A stretch of 64,000 nt of DNA from Steroidobacteraceae bacterium. GTDB taxonomy: Bacteria; Pseudomonadota; Gammaproteobacteria; Steroidobacterales; Steroidobacteraceae. The notes beneath the pieces are model-generated. The model ran no database searches. It saw nothing but the letters and a program-made list of their open reading frames with translations, and was not told where the DNA came from. A program made the translations under genes and the position numbers. The stretch is from positions 18,751-82,750 of the forward strand of contig DAOQXO010000001.1 in the NCBI GenBank assembly GCA_035342635.1, read 5' to 3'. Below are positions 1-9,400 of this stretch, one piece after another (position 1 is the stretch's first letter; each line of letters starts with the position of its first letter).

Positions 1-1711
1 GGCTGCGCAGCTCGCCCCACCCGCGGCCGAGTCGGTGCCCCTCAAGCAGCCGGGTGAATTCAAGATCATCGGCCGCGCGATCGCGGGCATTGACGGCCCG
101 CGCGTGCTGCGCGGCGAGCCGCTGTTCGGCATCGACACGCGCCTGCCGGGCATGCTCTACGCGGTGTATGAAGTCGCGCCCGCGCACGGCGGGCGGCTCG
201 TGAAGGCGAACATCGAGGCCGCGAAACGTGCGCCCGGCGTGCGGCATGTCGTGCCGATCATCGGCGATGGCAACGCCGACAGTGGTCTCGCCGACGGCGT
301 CGCGATCGTCGCGACTCACTGGTGGCTCGCGAACGAGGCGCGCGCGAAGCTCGATGTGCAATGGGATCTCGCGCGCGCCAAGGGCCACAGCACCGAGGCG
401 TATCGCGCGCGGGCCTCCGAGGCGCTTGCGAAGGGCGGTGGCCACGAACTGCGGCGCGACGGCGATCCCGATGCCGCGCTTGCCAGCGCGGCGACGCGCG
501 TGTCCGCGCGCTATGACTATCCCTTCGTCGCGCATGCCGCGCTCGAGCCGCAGAATTGCACGGCGCTCTTCAAGGACGGCAAAGTCGAGATCTGGGCACC
601 GACCCAGTCGCCCGGACCGGGTCGCGAGCTCACGCAGAAACTCCTCGGTTTGCCCGCGCTCGAGGATGTCACCGTGCACGTCATGCGCTCCGGCGGCGGT
701 TTCGGGCGGCGCCTGATGAACGACTACATGCTGCAGGCCGCCGCGATCGCCAAGGCCCTGCCCGGCACGCCGATCCAGCTGATCTGGTCGCGCGAGGACG
801 ATATCCGCCGCGACTACTTCCGCCCGGCAGGCTGGCACGCCCTCGAGGCCGGCCTCGACGCAGAAGGGCGATTGATCGCCTTCACCGACCATTTCGTGAC
901 TTTCGGCCAGGGCGAAAACACGGCACGCGGCGCCAATTTCACCCTCACGATGCCGCCGGCGGATCTCATCCCGAACCTGCGTTTCACGCAGACGACGATG
1001 CCGACCGTGCTGACCACCGGCTGGCTGCGCGCGCCCGGATCGAATGCGCTGTGCTTCATGTCGCAGGGCTTCCTCGACGAAGTCGCGCACGCCGCGGGCA
1101 AGGACCTGCCAGCGCTGATGCTGGAGCTGCTCGGCGAGCCGCGCGTGATCCCGCCTTTCGGCGGGCGCGGCGTGCCGTTCGACACCGCGCGGGCGCGCGC
1201 CGTGATCGAGAAGGTGCTCGAGACTTCGCAATGGCGCACCGGCGCGACCGGTGCGCGGGGCGCCGCCGGCGCGGCGCGCGCAAAAGGCTTTGCGTTCTAC
1301 TTCTGCCATCGCGGCTATTTCGCCGAGGTGGTCGATGCGAGCGTCGCGGACCGCGCGGTGACCGTCCACAAGGTCTGGGTCGCGGGCGACGTCGGCAGCC
1401 ACATCATCAATCCGTTCGGAGCGGAAAACCAGGTGCGCGGCTCGATCATCGATGGTCTTGCGCAGGCGCTGGTGGGTCAGGCGATCGACGTCGTCGACGG
1501 TGTCGTGCAGCAGAGCAATTTCCACGACTTTCCGCTGGCACGCATGCCGATCACCCCGGCGATCGACATCGCCTGGGTGCACTCCGACCACCCGCCGACG
1601 GGCCTCGGCGAGCCGTCGCTGCCGCCGGTGATCCCCGCGCTCACGAATGCGATCTACGCGGCCACCGGCACGCGCATCCGCTCGTTGCCGGTGAAGCTGC
1701 CGGCGGCATAG
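1..1711 (+). CDS. Molybdopterin-binding (beta) subunit of an aldehyde oxidase/xanthine dehydrogenase-family oxidoreductase (IorB-like); 5' end lies outside the window
   Basis: The frame is open from nt 2 with no stop before the first listed start at 35. The 558-aa ORF has the layout typical of IorB-type subunits (FKIIGRAIAGIDGPRVLRGEPLFGID..., WSREDDIRRDYFRP, C-terminal GLGEPSLPPVIPALTNAIYAATG). About 150-200 N-terminal residues, including the expected Tat signal, are missing. Confidence 0.8.
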   Translation, partial: AAQLAPPAAESVPLKQPGEFKIIGRAIAGIDGPRVLRGEPLFGIDTRLPGMLYAVYEVAPAHGGRLVKANIEAAKRAPGVRHVVPIIGDGNADSGLADGVAIVATHWWLANEARAKLDVQWDLARAKGHSTEAYRARASEALAKGGGHELRRDGDPDAALASAATRVSARYDYPFVAHAALEPQNCTALFKDGKVEIWAPTQSPGPGRELTQKLLGLPALEDVTVHVMRSGGGFGRRLMNDYMLQAAAIAKALPGTPIQLIWSREDDIRRDYFRPAGWHALEAGLDAEGRLIAFTDHFVTFGQGENTARGANFTLTMPPADLIPNLRFTQTTMPTVLTTGWLRAPGSNALCFMSQGFLDEVAHAAGKDLPALMLELLGEPRVIPPFGGRGVPFDTARARAVIEKVLETSQWRTGATGARGAAGAARAKGFAFYFCHRGYFAEVVDASVADRAVTVHKVWVAGDVGSHIINPFGAENQVRGSIIDGLAQALVGQAIDVVDGVVQQSNFHDFPLARMPITPAIDIAWVHSDHPPTGLGEPSLPPVIPALTNAIYAATGTRIRSLPVKLPAA

Positions 1712-1752
1712 CGCGGCGGCTCCATCGTTCCGCCACCCACGGTCGGATCGTC

Positions 1753-3108
1753 ATGACACGCGCCGACACGATCGTCGCCACCGCCACGCCGCCGGGACGC
1801 GGCGGCGTGGCGGTAGTGCGCGTGTCGGGCCCCAAGGCTCCGGAGATCGCCGCGTCGATGACCGCCTCCGATCTGCCGGTCGCGCGGCGCGTCACGCTCG
1901 CGCGTTTTCTCGACGCGGCCGGTGAGCCGATCGATGTCGGCCTCCTGCTGTTCTTCGCTGCGCCACATTCCTACACCGGCGAGCACGTGGTCGAGTTTCA
2001 CGGCCACGGCGGACCGGTGGTCTCCGAGGCGCTGGTGCGGCGCGCGATCGAGCTTGGCGCACGCCGCGCCCGGCCCGGCGAGTTCACGCAGCGCGCATTC
2101 CTCAACGACAAGATCGATCTCGCGCAGGCCGAAGCGGTCGCCGACCTGATCGATGCGGGCTCGCGCGAGGCTGCGCGCGCCGCGATGCGCTCGCTGCAGG
2201 GCGAGTTCTCGGCGATGGTGCTCGGACTCGTCGATGCGGTGACCGAACTGCGCGCCTGGGTGGAGGCGGCCATCGATTTCCCGGAAGAGGAGATCGACTT
2301 CCTCGCCGACCGCGAGCTCGACAGCCGTCTGGGGGGCGTGCGCGAGCATTTCGCGGCGGTGGAGCGCAGCGCGCGCCAGGGGCGCCTGCTGCGCGAAGGC
2401 ATGACCGTGGTGATCGCCGGTCGGCCGAACGCCGGCAAGTCGAGCCTGCTCAATCGCCTCGCCGGCTACGACGCCGCGATCGTCACCGCGATCCCCGGCA
2501 CCACGCGCGATATCGTGCGCGAGCGCATCGATATCGACGGCATGCCGCTGCACGTGCTCGACACCGCGGGCCTGCGCGATGCCCCCGATGTGATCGAGGC
2601 CGAGGGCATCCGTCGCGCCACCGCCGAAATGGCGCGCGCCGATCGAGTGCTGTTCATCGTCGATGCCTCCGAGGACCCGGACGCACACGGGTTCGCCGAA
2701 GAGCGCGCCCGCCTGCCGGCCGAGGTACCGGTGACGCTCGTACTCAACAAGATCGACCTCGCGACCGGCATCCCGATGGCGAACACGGTCAGCGGCCCGC
2801 CCCGCGTCGCGGTGTCGGCGCTGACCGGCGCGGGGCTCGATGTGCTGCGTGCGCACCTGCGCGAGTGCATGGGATACCAGATCGCAGATGCCGGGACCGT
2901 GTCGGCGCGCGCGCGGCATCTCGACGCGCTCGCGCGCGCGAAGGCGCACGTCGAAGAGGCCGGGCGCCAGCTGCGCGAGCAGCGCGCGGGGGAACTGGTG
3001 GCCGAGGAGCTGCGCCAGGCGCAGGCGGCACTCGGCGAGATCACCGGAGAGGTGACGAGCGAGGACTTGCTGGGCAGAATCTTCTCCAGCTTCTGCATCG
3101 GAAAGTGA
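1753..3108 (+). CDS. mnmE: tRNA modification GTPase MnmE (TrmE)
   Basis: ATG at 1753 is in frame with ORF 556..3108. N-terminus is MTRADTIVATATPPGRGGVAVVRVSG. G-domain motifs are GRPNAGKSSLLN, DTAGLR and NKIDL, and the C-terminus is the hallmark FCIGK. The upstream Arg-rich part of the 850-aa ORF overlaps the preceding gene and is not coding. Confidence 0.95.
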   Translation: MTRADTIVATATPPGRGGVAVVRVSGPKAPEIAASMTASDLPVARRVTLARFLDAAGEPIDVGLLLFFAAPHSYTGEHVVEFHGHGGPVVSEALVRRAIELGARRARPGEFTQRAFLNDKIDLAQAEAVADLIDAGSREAARAAMRSLQGEFSAMVLGLVDAVTELRAWVEAAIDFPEEEIDFLADRELDSRLGGVREHFAAVERSARQGRLLREGMTVVIAGRPNAGKSSLLNRLAGYDAAIVTAIPGTTRDIVRERIDIDGMPLHVLDTAGLRDAPDVIEAEGIRRATAEMARADRVLFIVDASEDPDAHGFAEERARLPAEVPVTLVLNKIDLATGIPMANTVSGPPRVAVSALTGAGLDVLRAHLRECMGYQIADAGTVSARARHLDALARAKAHVEEAGRQLREQRAGELVAEELRQAQAALGEITGEVTSEDLLGRIFSSFCIGK

Positions 3109-3127
3109 ACGGGAGCCAGGAGTTTCA

Positions 3128-4159
3128 ATGAAAGCCATCCGCTTCATCCGGCGCGGGCGCCCACCCGAGGTCGTCGACGTCAGGACGCCGACGCCGGCGG
3201 CCGGCCAGATCCTCGTGAAGATCGCCGGCGCCGGCGTGTGTCATTCCGATCTCCACATCCTCGACGAGGATCTCGGCCTCGAGGGGCCGTTCATCCTCGG
3301 CCACGAGAACTCGGGCCACGTCGCTGCGCTGGGCGAGGGTGTCCAGGGCTGGAAGGAAGGCGATCCGGTCCTCGTCTACGGTCCGTGGGGATGCGGCCGT
3401 TGCCACACCTGCCAGACCTCGGCAGAGAACTACTGCGAGAACCACGCGAGCATCGGCACGATGGGCGGCGGGCTCGGTGCCGATGGCGGCATGGCGGAGT
3501 ACATGCTCGTGCCTTCGCCGCGGCTGCTCGTGCCGCTCGGCAAGCTCGATCCGGTCGACGCAGCTCCCCTCGCGGATGCCGCGCTGACGCCTTATCACGC
3601 GATCAAGGCCGCGCTACCGTTGTTGACGCCCGAGGCCACGGTACTGGTGATCGGCATCGGAGGGCTCGGTCACATGGCGGTGCAGATACTGAAGGCGATG
3701 ACGCCGGCGCGGCTGATCGCCGGCGATATCGACGACAGCAAACTCGCGCATGCCCGCGAGCTCGGTGTCGAGCATGTCGTCAATACTCGCGACGGCGATG
3801 CCGCGGCGGAGGCGATCACGCAGCTCGCCGGACCGCGCGGCGTGACCGTCGCGCTGGACATCGTCGGCGCGCAGCCCACCGTCGATCTTGCAGTCCGCGT
3901 CGTCGGTCGCAACAGCCGCCTGAGCGTGGTGGGCCTTGCGGGCGGCGCCGTGCACTACGTGGCCAACAGTCCGCCCTACGGCTGCGAAGTCAGCATTCCG
4001 TACTGGGGTTCGCGCACCGAATTGATGGAGGTCGTCGCGCTGGCCGCCGCCGGTCGCATCCGCGCCGAAGTCGAGCGCTTCCCGCTCGAGCAGGCGGTAG
4101 AGGTGTACCAGCGCCTGCGCGAGGGCCGGATCCGCGGACGCGCGGTGCTGCAGCCCTGA
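3128..4159 (+). CDS. Zn-dependent NAD(P)-alcohol dehydrogenase (MDR superfamily)
   Basis: AGGAG lies 7 nt upstream of ATG 3128. Motifs seen: GVCHSDLH catalytic Zn site, GHENSGHV, structural Zn cluster [15 protein letters not shown], and GIGGLGH Rossmann motif. Confidence 0.9.
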   Translation: MKAIRFIRRGRPPEVVDVRTPTPAAGQILVKIAGAGVCHSDLHILDEDLGLEGPFILGHENSGHVAALGEGVQGWKEGDPVLVYGPWGCGRCHTCQTSAENYCENHASIGTMGGGLGADGGMAEYMLVPSPRLLVPLGKLDPVDAAPLADAALTPYHAIKAALPLLTPEATVLVIGIGGLGHMAVQILKAMTPARLIAGDIDDSKLAHARELGVEHVVNTRDGDAAAEAITQLAGPRGVTVALDIVGAQPTVDLAVRVVGRNSRLSVVGLAGGAVHYVANSPPYGCEVSIPYWGSRTELMEVVALAAAGRIRAEVERFPLEQAVEVYQRLREGRIRGRAVLQP

Positions 4160-6021
4160 GCGAACTGCTCGCGCGCGCGACGCGCATCCTCCGGGACGTC
4201 TTCGGCTATCCGGCCTTCCGCCCCGACCAGGCGGAGATCATCACGCACGTCGCCGCCGGCGGGGACGCTCTCGTGCTGATGCCGACCGGCGGCGGCAAGT
4301 CGCTGTGCTACCAGGTGCCCGCGCTGCTGCGCGAAGGCGTGGGCGTCGTCGTCTCGCCGCTGATCGCGCTGATGCAGGACCAGGTTGCGGCCTTGAAGGA
4401 GGCGGGCGTGCGCGCCGAGTTCCTGAACTCGACGCTCGACTGGCAGCAGGCGCAGGAGATCGAGTGCCGCGCGCGCGCCGGCGAACTGGACCTGCTGTAC
4501 CTCGCGCCGGAGCGCCTGCTGACGGAGCGCGGCCTCGCGCTGCTCGATCGCCTCACGATCGCGCTGTTCGCGATCGACGAGGCCCATTGCGTCTCGCAAT
4601 GGGGGCATGATTTCCGCCAGGAGTACCTGCAGCTCGCGGTGCTCGCCGATCGCTATCCGTCCGTGCCGCGCATCGCATTGACCGCGACGGCCGACGAGGC
4701 GACGCGCCGCGAGATGATCGAGCGCCTGCGCCTGCAGGGTGCGCGCTCATTCGTGCAGAGCTTCGACCGGCCCAACATCCGCTATCGCATCGCCGGCAAG
4801 GATTCCCCGCGGCGCCAGTTGCTGCGCTTCATCCTCGATGAGCACGCCGGACAGTGCGGCATCGTCTATTGCCTGTCACGCAAATCGGTGGAGGAGACAG
4901 CGCAGATGCTGGTCGACAACGGCGTCGACGCACTCGCCTATCACGCCGGCTTCAGCGCAGCCGAGCGGGAAGTCCGGCAGACGCGCTTCATCGAAGAGGA
5001 CGGCGTCGTCATCGTCGCGACGATCGCCTTCGGCATGGGCATCGACAAACCGGACGTGCGTTTCGTCGCACACGTCGATCTGCCGAAGAGCCTCGAGGGC
5101 TACTACCAGGAAACCGGCCGCGCGGGCCGCGACGGCGCGAGCGCTGAGGCGTGGATGGTCTATGGCCTCGCGGACGTCGTGCAGCAACGCCGCCTCATCG
5201 ATCAGTCCGAGGCGGGTGAGGCGCACCGGCGGGTCGCCCATGCAAAGCTCGACGCGATGCTCGGCCTCTGCGAAACGGTGCGCTGTCGCAGGCAGTACCT
5301 GCTCGAGTACTTCGGCGAAGCGAGCCGGCCGTGCGGCAACTGCGACAACTGCCTCGAGCCGCCGGCGCAGTTCGACGGCACCGAGGCCGCGCAGAAGCTG
5401 CTCTCGTGCATCTACCGCTGCGAGCAGGCGAGCGGCTTCGCGTTCGGCGCGCAGCACATCATCGATGTCCTGCGGGGCGAGCGGACCGACAAGGTGCTCG
5501 CGCACGGGCACGAGCGGATCAGCACGTTCGGCATCGGCGCGGATCGGGACCCGACGCAATGGCGCGCGGTGCTGCGGCAACTGCTGACGATGCGGCTGGT
5601 GACGGTCGATCACGATCACTGGAACGTGCTGCGCCTCACCGACACGAGCCGCGAGGTGCTTGCGGGTGCACGCCGGCTGACCCTGCGTCAGGACGCGCCG
5701 CGCCAGGGCGCGCGCAAGGGCGAAGGACGGCGCCGGCGCAAAGGCAGCGCGGCGCCGCCGGGCGCGCCGACGCCGCCGGCGAGCGGCCCGGCTTCGCCGC
5801 TGGAGGAAACCGTATTCCAGGCGCTGCGCGCATGGCGGCACGACGTGGCACGCGCGCACGGCGTGCCGGCCTATACCGTGCTGCACGATGCGAGCCTGCG
5901 CGAGATTGCCCGCCGCCGCCCGGAGTCCGCCGAGTCGCTGGCGGGGATCTCGGGCATCGGCGCGATCAAGCTCGCGCGCTATGGGGAGGCGATCATCGAG
6001 GTCGTCCGAAGCCGGCAGTAG
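4156..6021 (+). CDS. recQ: ATP-dependent DNA helicase RecQ (start codon uncertain)
   Basis: In-frame part of ORF 3238..6021 starting near [25 protein letters not shown]. Motifs seen: [13 protein letters not shown] (motif I), [17 protein letters not shown] (DEAH), Zn-binding [19 protein letters not shown], and a C-terminal HRDC domain ([26 protein letters not shown]). No in-frame ATG/GTG/TTG lies between the ADH stop and motif I, so the 5' boundary at CTG 4156 is a guess. Confidence 0.88.
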   Translation: MSELLARATRILRDVFGYPAFRPDQAEIITHVAAGGDALVLMPTGGGKSLCYQVPALLREGVGVVVSPLIALMQDQVAALKEAGVRAEFLNSTLDWQQAQEIECRARAGELDLLYLAPERLLTERGLALLDRLTIALFAIDEAHCVSQWGHDFRQEYLQLAVLADRYPSVPRIALTATADEATRREMIERLRLQGARSFVQSFDRPNIRYRIAGKDSPRRQLLRFILDEHAGQCGIVYCLSRKSVEETAQMLVDNGVDALAYHAGFSAAEREVRQTRFIEEDGVVIVATIAFGMGIDKPDVRFVAHVDLPKSLEGYYQETGRAGRDGASAEAWMVYGLADVVQQRRLIDQSEAGEAHRRVAHAKLDAMLGLCETVRCRRQYLLEYFGEASRPCGNCDNCLEPPAQFDGTEAAQKLLSCIYRCEQASGFAFGAQHIIDVLRGERTDKVLAHGHERISTFGIGADRDPTQWRAVLRQLLTMRLVTVDHDHWNVLRLTDTSREVLAGARRLTLRQDAPRQGARKGEGRRRRKGSAAPPGAPTPPASGPASPLEETVFQALRAWRHDVARAHGVPAYTVLHDASLREIARRRPESAESLAGISGIGAIKLARYGEAIIEVVRSRQ

Positions 6022-6055
6022 TATTGGTGACCTCTGAGGCCAGGGACAGGCTGCC

Positions 6056-7165
6056 ATGAAGAAGCGCTACAGGATCCTCGGTACGCTCGCGATCGTGCTC
6101 GTCGTGGCGCTCGCGGGCGGCGCTTTCATGTTGAGCCGCAACGCCCCCTGTCCTGCGGCACCACCATCACCTACGACTTCGGAAACGATGAAGGCGGTGG
6201 TGTCGGCCTGCTACGGGCCGCCCGCGTTCTTGCGCGTTGCGCTCGTCGACAGGCCGACTCCCGCCGACGACCGGATTCTGGTGAAGGTGCACGCGGCCGC
6301 CGTCAATCCGCTCGACTGGCATTACATGCGGGGCGAACCGTACATCATGCGCATGGACACGGGTCTCGGCAGACCCGCCGAGTCGAGGCTGGGGGTCGAT
6401 TTCGCCGGCACGGTCGAAGCCGTAGGCAGCAAGATCACGCGATTCAAGCCGGGCGATGAAGTATTCGGCGGCCGCACCGGCGCGTTCGCCGAGTACGTCG
6501 TCGTATCCGAGCGCAGCGCCGTAGCGGCGAAGCCGGCCGGCACCGGTTTCGAGCAGGTTGCCGCGCTGCCGATCGCGGCGATCACGGCACTGCAGGCGCT
6601 GCGCGACAAAGGCGAGCTCCGAGCAGGCGAAAAAGTCCTGATCAACGGCGCATCGGGCGGCGTCGGCACTTTCGCCGTACAGCTCGCCAAACACTTCGGC
6701 GCCGAAGTGACCGGCGTGTGCAGCACACGCAATGTCGATCTGGTGCGCTCGATCGGCGCCGATCACGTCATCGACTACACGCGCGAAGATTTCACGCGTG
6801 GCGAGCAACGCTACGATGTCGTCATCGACAATGTCGGCAATCACTCGCTGCTCGCCGTGCGGCGCGTCCTTGCACCCGATGGCCGCTATGTGATCGTCGG
6901 CGGTCCAAGCGAAGGCAAATGGCTCGGTGTCATGATGACTCCCCTCAAGGCATACCTGCTGGCGCCGTTCGTGAAGCAGAAAGTGAGCTTCATGCTCGCC
7001 CGGCTCAACGCCGCGGACCTCGCACTGCTCGCCGACCTGGCCGAGGCCGGCAAGCTCACGCCGGTGATCGACCGGCGCTACAGCCTGGACGAGGTGCCCG
7101 AGGCGATCGAGTACCTCGAGACGGGGCGCGCTCGCGGCAAGGTGATCATCGACATCAGAAAATGA
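6056..7165 (+). CDS. Zinc-type/quinone oxidoreductase-like MDR dehydrogenase with an N-terminal membrane anchor or signal
   Basis: 369-aa ORF. The N-terminus MKKRYRILGTLAIVLVVALAGGAFML is hydrophobic. It is followed by a typical MDR core (MKAVV..., VKVHAAAVNPLDWH, INGASGGVGTFAVQLAK, GRARGKVII). Confidence 0.8.
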   Translation: MKKRYRILGTLAIVLVVALAGGAFMLSRNAPCPAAPPSPTTSETMKAVVSACYGPPAFLRVALVDRPTPADDRILVKVHAAAVNPLDWHYMRGEPYIMRMDTGLGRPAESRLGVDFAGTVEAVGSKITRFKPGDEVFGGRTGAFAEYVVVSERSAVAAKPAGTGFEQVAALPIAAITALQALRDKGELRAGEKVLINGASGGVGTFAVQLAKHFGAEVTGVCSTRNVDLVRSIGADHVIDYTREDFTRGEQRYDVVIDNVGNHSLLAVRRVLAPDGRYVIVGGPSEGKWLGVMMTPLKAYLLAPFVKQKVSFMLARLNAADLALLADLAEAGKLTPVIDRRYSLDEVPEAIEYLETGRARGKVIIDIRK

Positions 7166-7240
7166 ACCACAGCGCCGGCTTGGGCCCGGCGTAGAGCAGG
7201 TGTATCGCGTGCAGCACGGCGAACCCCCGGAACGGCGGCT

Positions 7241-8917
7241 TCACCGGCCGGGCCGCGGCAGCTCGCTCGCGGTCACGAAGCGCGGCGCGATGTCGATCGG
7301 CACGGCACCCAGCCGATCCAGCACGCGCTGCACTTCGGGTCGGATCGTGACTTCGCGCTCGAGCAGCGCCTTGGCGCCGGCGTAATCGCCGTTCGCCTGC
7401 AGCGTCATGATGTCGCGAGTGAGGCTGGTGACCGCCCGCTTCGTCCTCTGCAGGTCGAGGCCGAAGCGGCCGTCGGCAGCGACGCGGATCGCGCCGTGGT
7501 CGAGCAGGTGGTTGACCTGCAGCGCCATGCCCTTCGCATGCGACTCGTTCAGGCCGAAGCGCAGCGTGCGAAACGAGGAGGCAAGGAAGGTCAGGTACAT
7601 GCTGCGTTCCTGGCGCTTGTCGATCACGCCTTTGTCCATCAGTTGCTGCAGCGCCCAGAGGCCCGAGATGTCGGCCTTGGCTTCTTCGAGCGTGCCGTTC
7701 AGCTCCTTCAGCTCCTGCCGCACCGTCGTCGCGCGACCCGCGACCGTGATCGTCTGCGGCCCGAGCCCGTGCATCAGCTCGTGCATCAGGATGTGCGTGA
7801 AGAACGGCTCGAACGCGACGAGTTCTGCGTCTTGCGCATCGAGCGCGATCGCGGCGATGGGCTGCAGCACCTTGTCGAACTTGGCCTGCTGAAAATTGCG
7901 CAGCATCACGCGCTTCGATCCCTTTTCGGCGACCACTCGCTCATCGTTCGGCAGGTTGAAGGCGGCGGTCTGCACGCCATGGTTGCCGTCGCCGGCGGCG
8001 AAGACGACGTTCACCACCCGGATCGGCGCGAGCGCGCCAAGCTGGGCGCTGCGGAAGCGGGGATCGATCGGCAGCCGGTTCTCCAGCCACTGCAGTTCCT
8101 TGCCGAAGCGCTCGAGCTGCGCGCTCTGCGCTGCGTCGACCACCGTGATGAAGGCCTCGAAGGCAGCCTTGTAGTTGAACCACTCGTCCTCGTAGACCTC
8201 GTAGGGGCCGATGGTGGGTTCGATCGAGGCATCGAGCTCCATCCACGCGACATCGCTCGCGTAGTAGTCGTTCGACAGGAACGCCGCGGCGCGTGTCTCG
8301 AGGAAGCGCCGCAGTGTCGGTTGCTTCGTCAGCGCCGCCGCCTCGCGCAGCAGGCGCGCAAGTTCACCGAGTTCACTCTGGTATTCGATCGAATAGGGCA
8401 CGGCGGCCAGCTCGCCTCCGGGCATGCGGCGGATCGTCGTGAAGAATCCGGTGGCCGCGGTGCGTTCGGTTTGCGGCAGCGAGTCGATCCACGCGGCGAT
8501 CTCCGCGCGCGTGGCGTCGGGCGGATAGTAGTTGCCCCCGTCGGGCTTGGGCCCCGCACCCGGGATGAACGGCCGGTTGTGATCGAGCTCCGACCATGGG
8601 CCCTTGTTCAGCACGAAATAGGCGAGCCGCGCGCGCCCGAGCGGCGTTTCGTCGCCGACGAGCGTCAAAAGCTGCGCCGTTGTTGCGGGCGAGCGCTGGC
8701 GAAGGAACAAGGCGTCGATCGCTCGCGCGGCTTCGACCAGGCAGGCGAGCGCGGCGCGCTCGTTTTCCGGCAGCGTCGCGAGATCGACAGTGATATCGAC
8801 CGGCGCGAAGCGCGCGGCCATGGTTTCGAGCTGCACGGTGTCGGGTGTCGGATCAGCCGCCGCCGCGACGGTCGCGCATGCCCAGAGGGCTATGGTCACC
8901 GGAATGATGGGTTTCAT
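7241..8917 (-). CDS. Secreted Zn-metallopeptidase, DPP III (M49)-like family
   Basis: Signal peptide MKPIIPVTIALWACATVAAAA. Metal-binding motifs HILMHELMHGLG and LEEAKADISGL resemble the HExxxH/EExxAE pair of the M49-related family. The 558-aa size fits bacterial members. Confidence 0.65.
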   Translation of the reverse strand: MKPIIPVTIALWACATVAAAADPTPDTVQLETMAARFAPVDITVDLATLPENERAALACLVEAARAIDALFLRQRSPATTAQLLTLVGDETPLGRARLAYFVLNKGPWSELDHNRPFIPGAGPKPDGGNYYPPDATRAEIAAWIDSLPQTERTAATGFFTTIRRMPGGELAAVPYSIEYQSELGELARLLREAAALTKQPTLRRFLETRAAAFLSNDYYASDVAWMELDASIEPTIGPYEVYEDEWFNYKAAFEAFITVVDAAQSAQLERFGKELQWLENRLPIDPRFRSAQLGALAPIRVVNVVFAAGDGNHGVQTAAFNLPNDERVVAEKGSKRVMLRNFQQAKFDKVLQPIAAIALDAQDAELVAFEPFFTHILMHELMHGLGPQTITVAGRATTVRQELKELNGTLEEAKADISGLWALQQLMDKGVIDKRQERSMYLTFLASSFRTLRFGLNESHAKGMALQVNHLLDHGAIRVAADGRFGLDLQRTKRAVTSLTRDIMTLQANGDYAGAKALLEREVTIRPEVQRVLDRLGAVPIDIAPRFVTASELPRPGR

Positions 8918-8980
8918 TGCTCAATTGTAGAACCTCCCGCGGCCACCTGCGGCAACGCCCGCCTCCGTGAAGTGCGGGCC

Positions 8981-9002
8981 GCGCCCGGCGCCTGCCGGGC
9001 GC
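8981..9002 (-). terminator. Perfect 8-bp GC hairpin (gcgcccgg-cgcctg-ccgggcgc); possible intrinsic terminator or RNA-stabilising stem between the small ORF/RND operon and the peptidase gene
   Basis: Inverted repeat read directly: 8981..8988 pairs with 8995..9002 around a 6-nt loop. There is no U-tract, so function is uncertain. Confidence 0.25.
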
Positions 9003-9104
9003 GGGTCCGCATGCCGCTTCGACGGTAGCGCAGCCACAAGGGGCCCGGCTCGCTGGGACGGCGGGTGCCATCGGCCGTTCGCCGGGCTTGCTCCTGGGCG
9101 GCCA

Positions 9105-9302
9105 CTACTTCGCCTCGCTGGCGCTCTGGTAGGGGCCGATCGGCAGATGGCGCGGCACGGTGCCGTGACGCCGGCTGTCGCTGCGGGCCTCCGTCCGCCA
9201 CGGCGCAGACAGGTCCTGCGTACGGGCCATGGCGTCGAACCAGGTGCACCAGCCCCGCGATATCCCTGCGAGGAGCGGTGACGACCAGATGTTGATGTAC
9301 AT
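9105..9302 (-). CDS. Hypothetical small protein (65 aa)
   Basis: ATG at 9302 is preceded by GGAGAG with 4-nt spacing. Codon third positions are overwhelmingly G/C, as in flanking genes. I recognise no family (MYINIWSSPLLAGISRGWCTWFDAMARTQ...). Confidence 0.45.
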   Translation of the reverse strand: MYINIWSSPLLAGISRGWCTWFDAMARTQDLSAPWRTEARSDSRRHGTVPRHLPIGPYQSASEAK

Positions 9303-9306
9303 TGTT

Positions 9307-9339
9307 CTCTCCTTGTCCGAATGGACAGTTTGTGGAGAG
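9307..9339 (-). promoter_or_regulatory. Nested hairpin that pairs the Shine-Dalgarno sequence of the small ORF with an upstream anti-SD
   Basis: Minus-strand RNA reads CUCUCC-ACAAAC-UGUCC-AUUC-GGACA-A-GGAGAG-AACA-AUG. CUCUCC (9334..9339) pairs with the SD GGAGAG (9307..9312). An inner 5-bp stem UGUCC/GGACA has an AUUC loop. Confidence 0.4.
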
Positions 9340-9400
9340 GATCATGGCCGACGGGTGGGCCCTTTGAGTTCCGAAATTCTCGCGCTCGCGTAAGTTGCGC

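Noticed and set aside
556-1752. N-terminal 399 codons of ORF 556..3108, and likewise 3238..4155 of the recQ ORF, 16760..17374 of the ada ORF, 34024..34872 of gene C, 59561..60208 of the permease ORF and 60619..60993 of the ptcA ORF.
   Set aside because: These extensions overlap well-supported genes in another frame and are Arg/Pro-rich. The recognisable protein begins at an internal start that fits family N-termini.
7172-7192. Short hairpin cgccgg-cttgggc-ccggcg between convergent genes (7165/7241), considered as a terminator.
   Set aside because: It has only a 6-bp stem with a 7-nt loop and no U-tract, which is too weak to call.
9344-9367. Seven-codon plus-strand mini-ORF (MADGWAL) preceded by GGAGAGG.
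   Set aside because: The apparent SD is just the other arm of the inverted repeat described for the minus-strand small ORF. The ORF is too short and overlaps no meaningful context.
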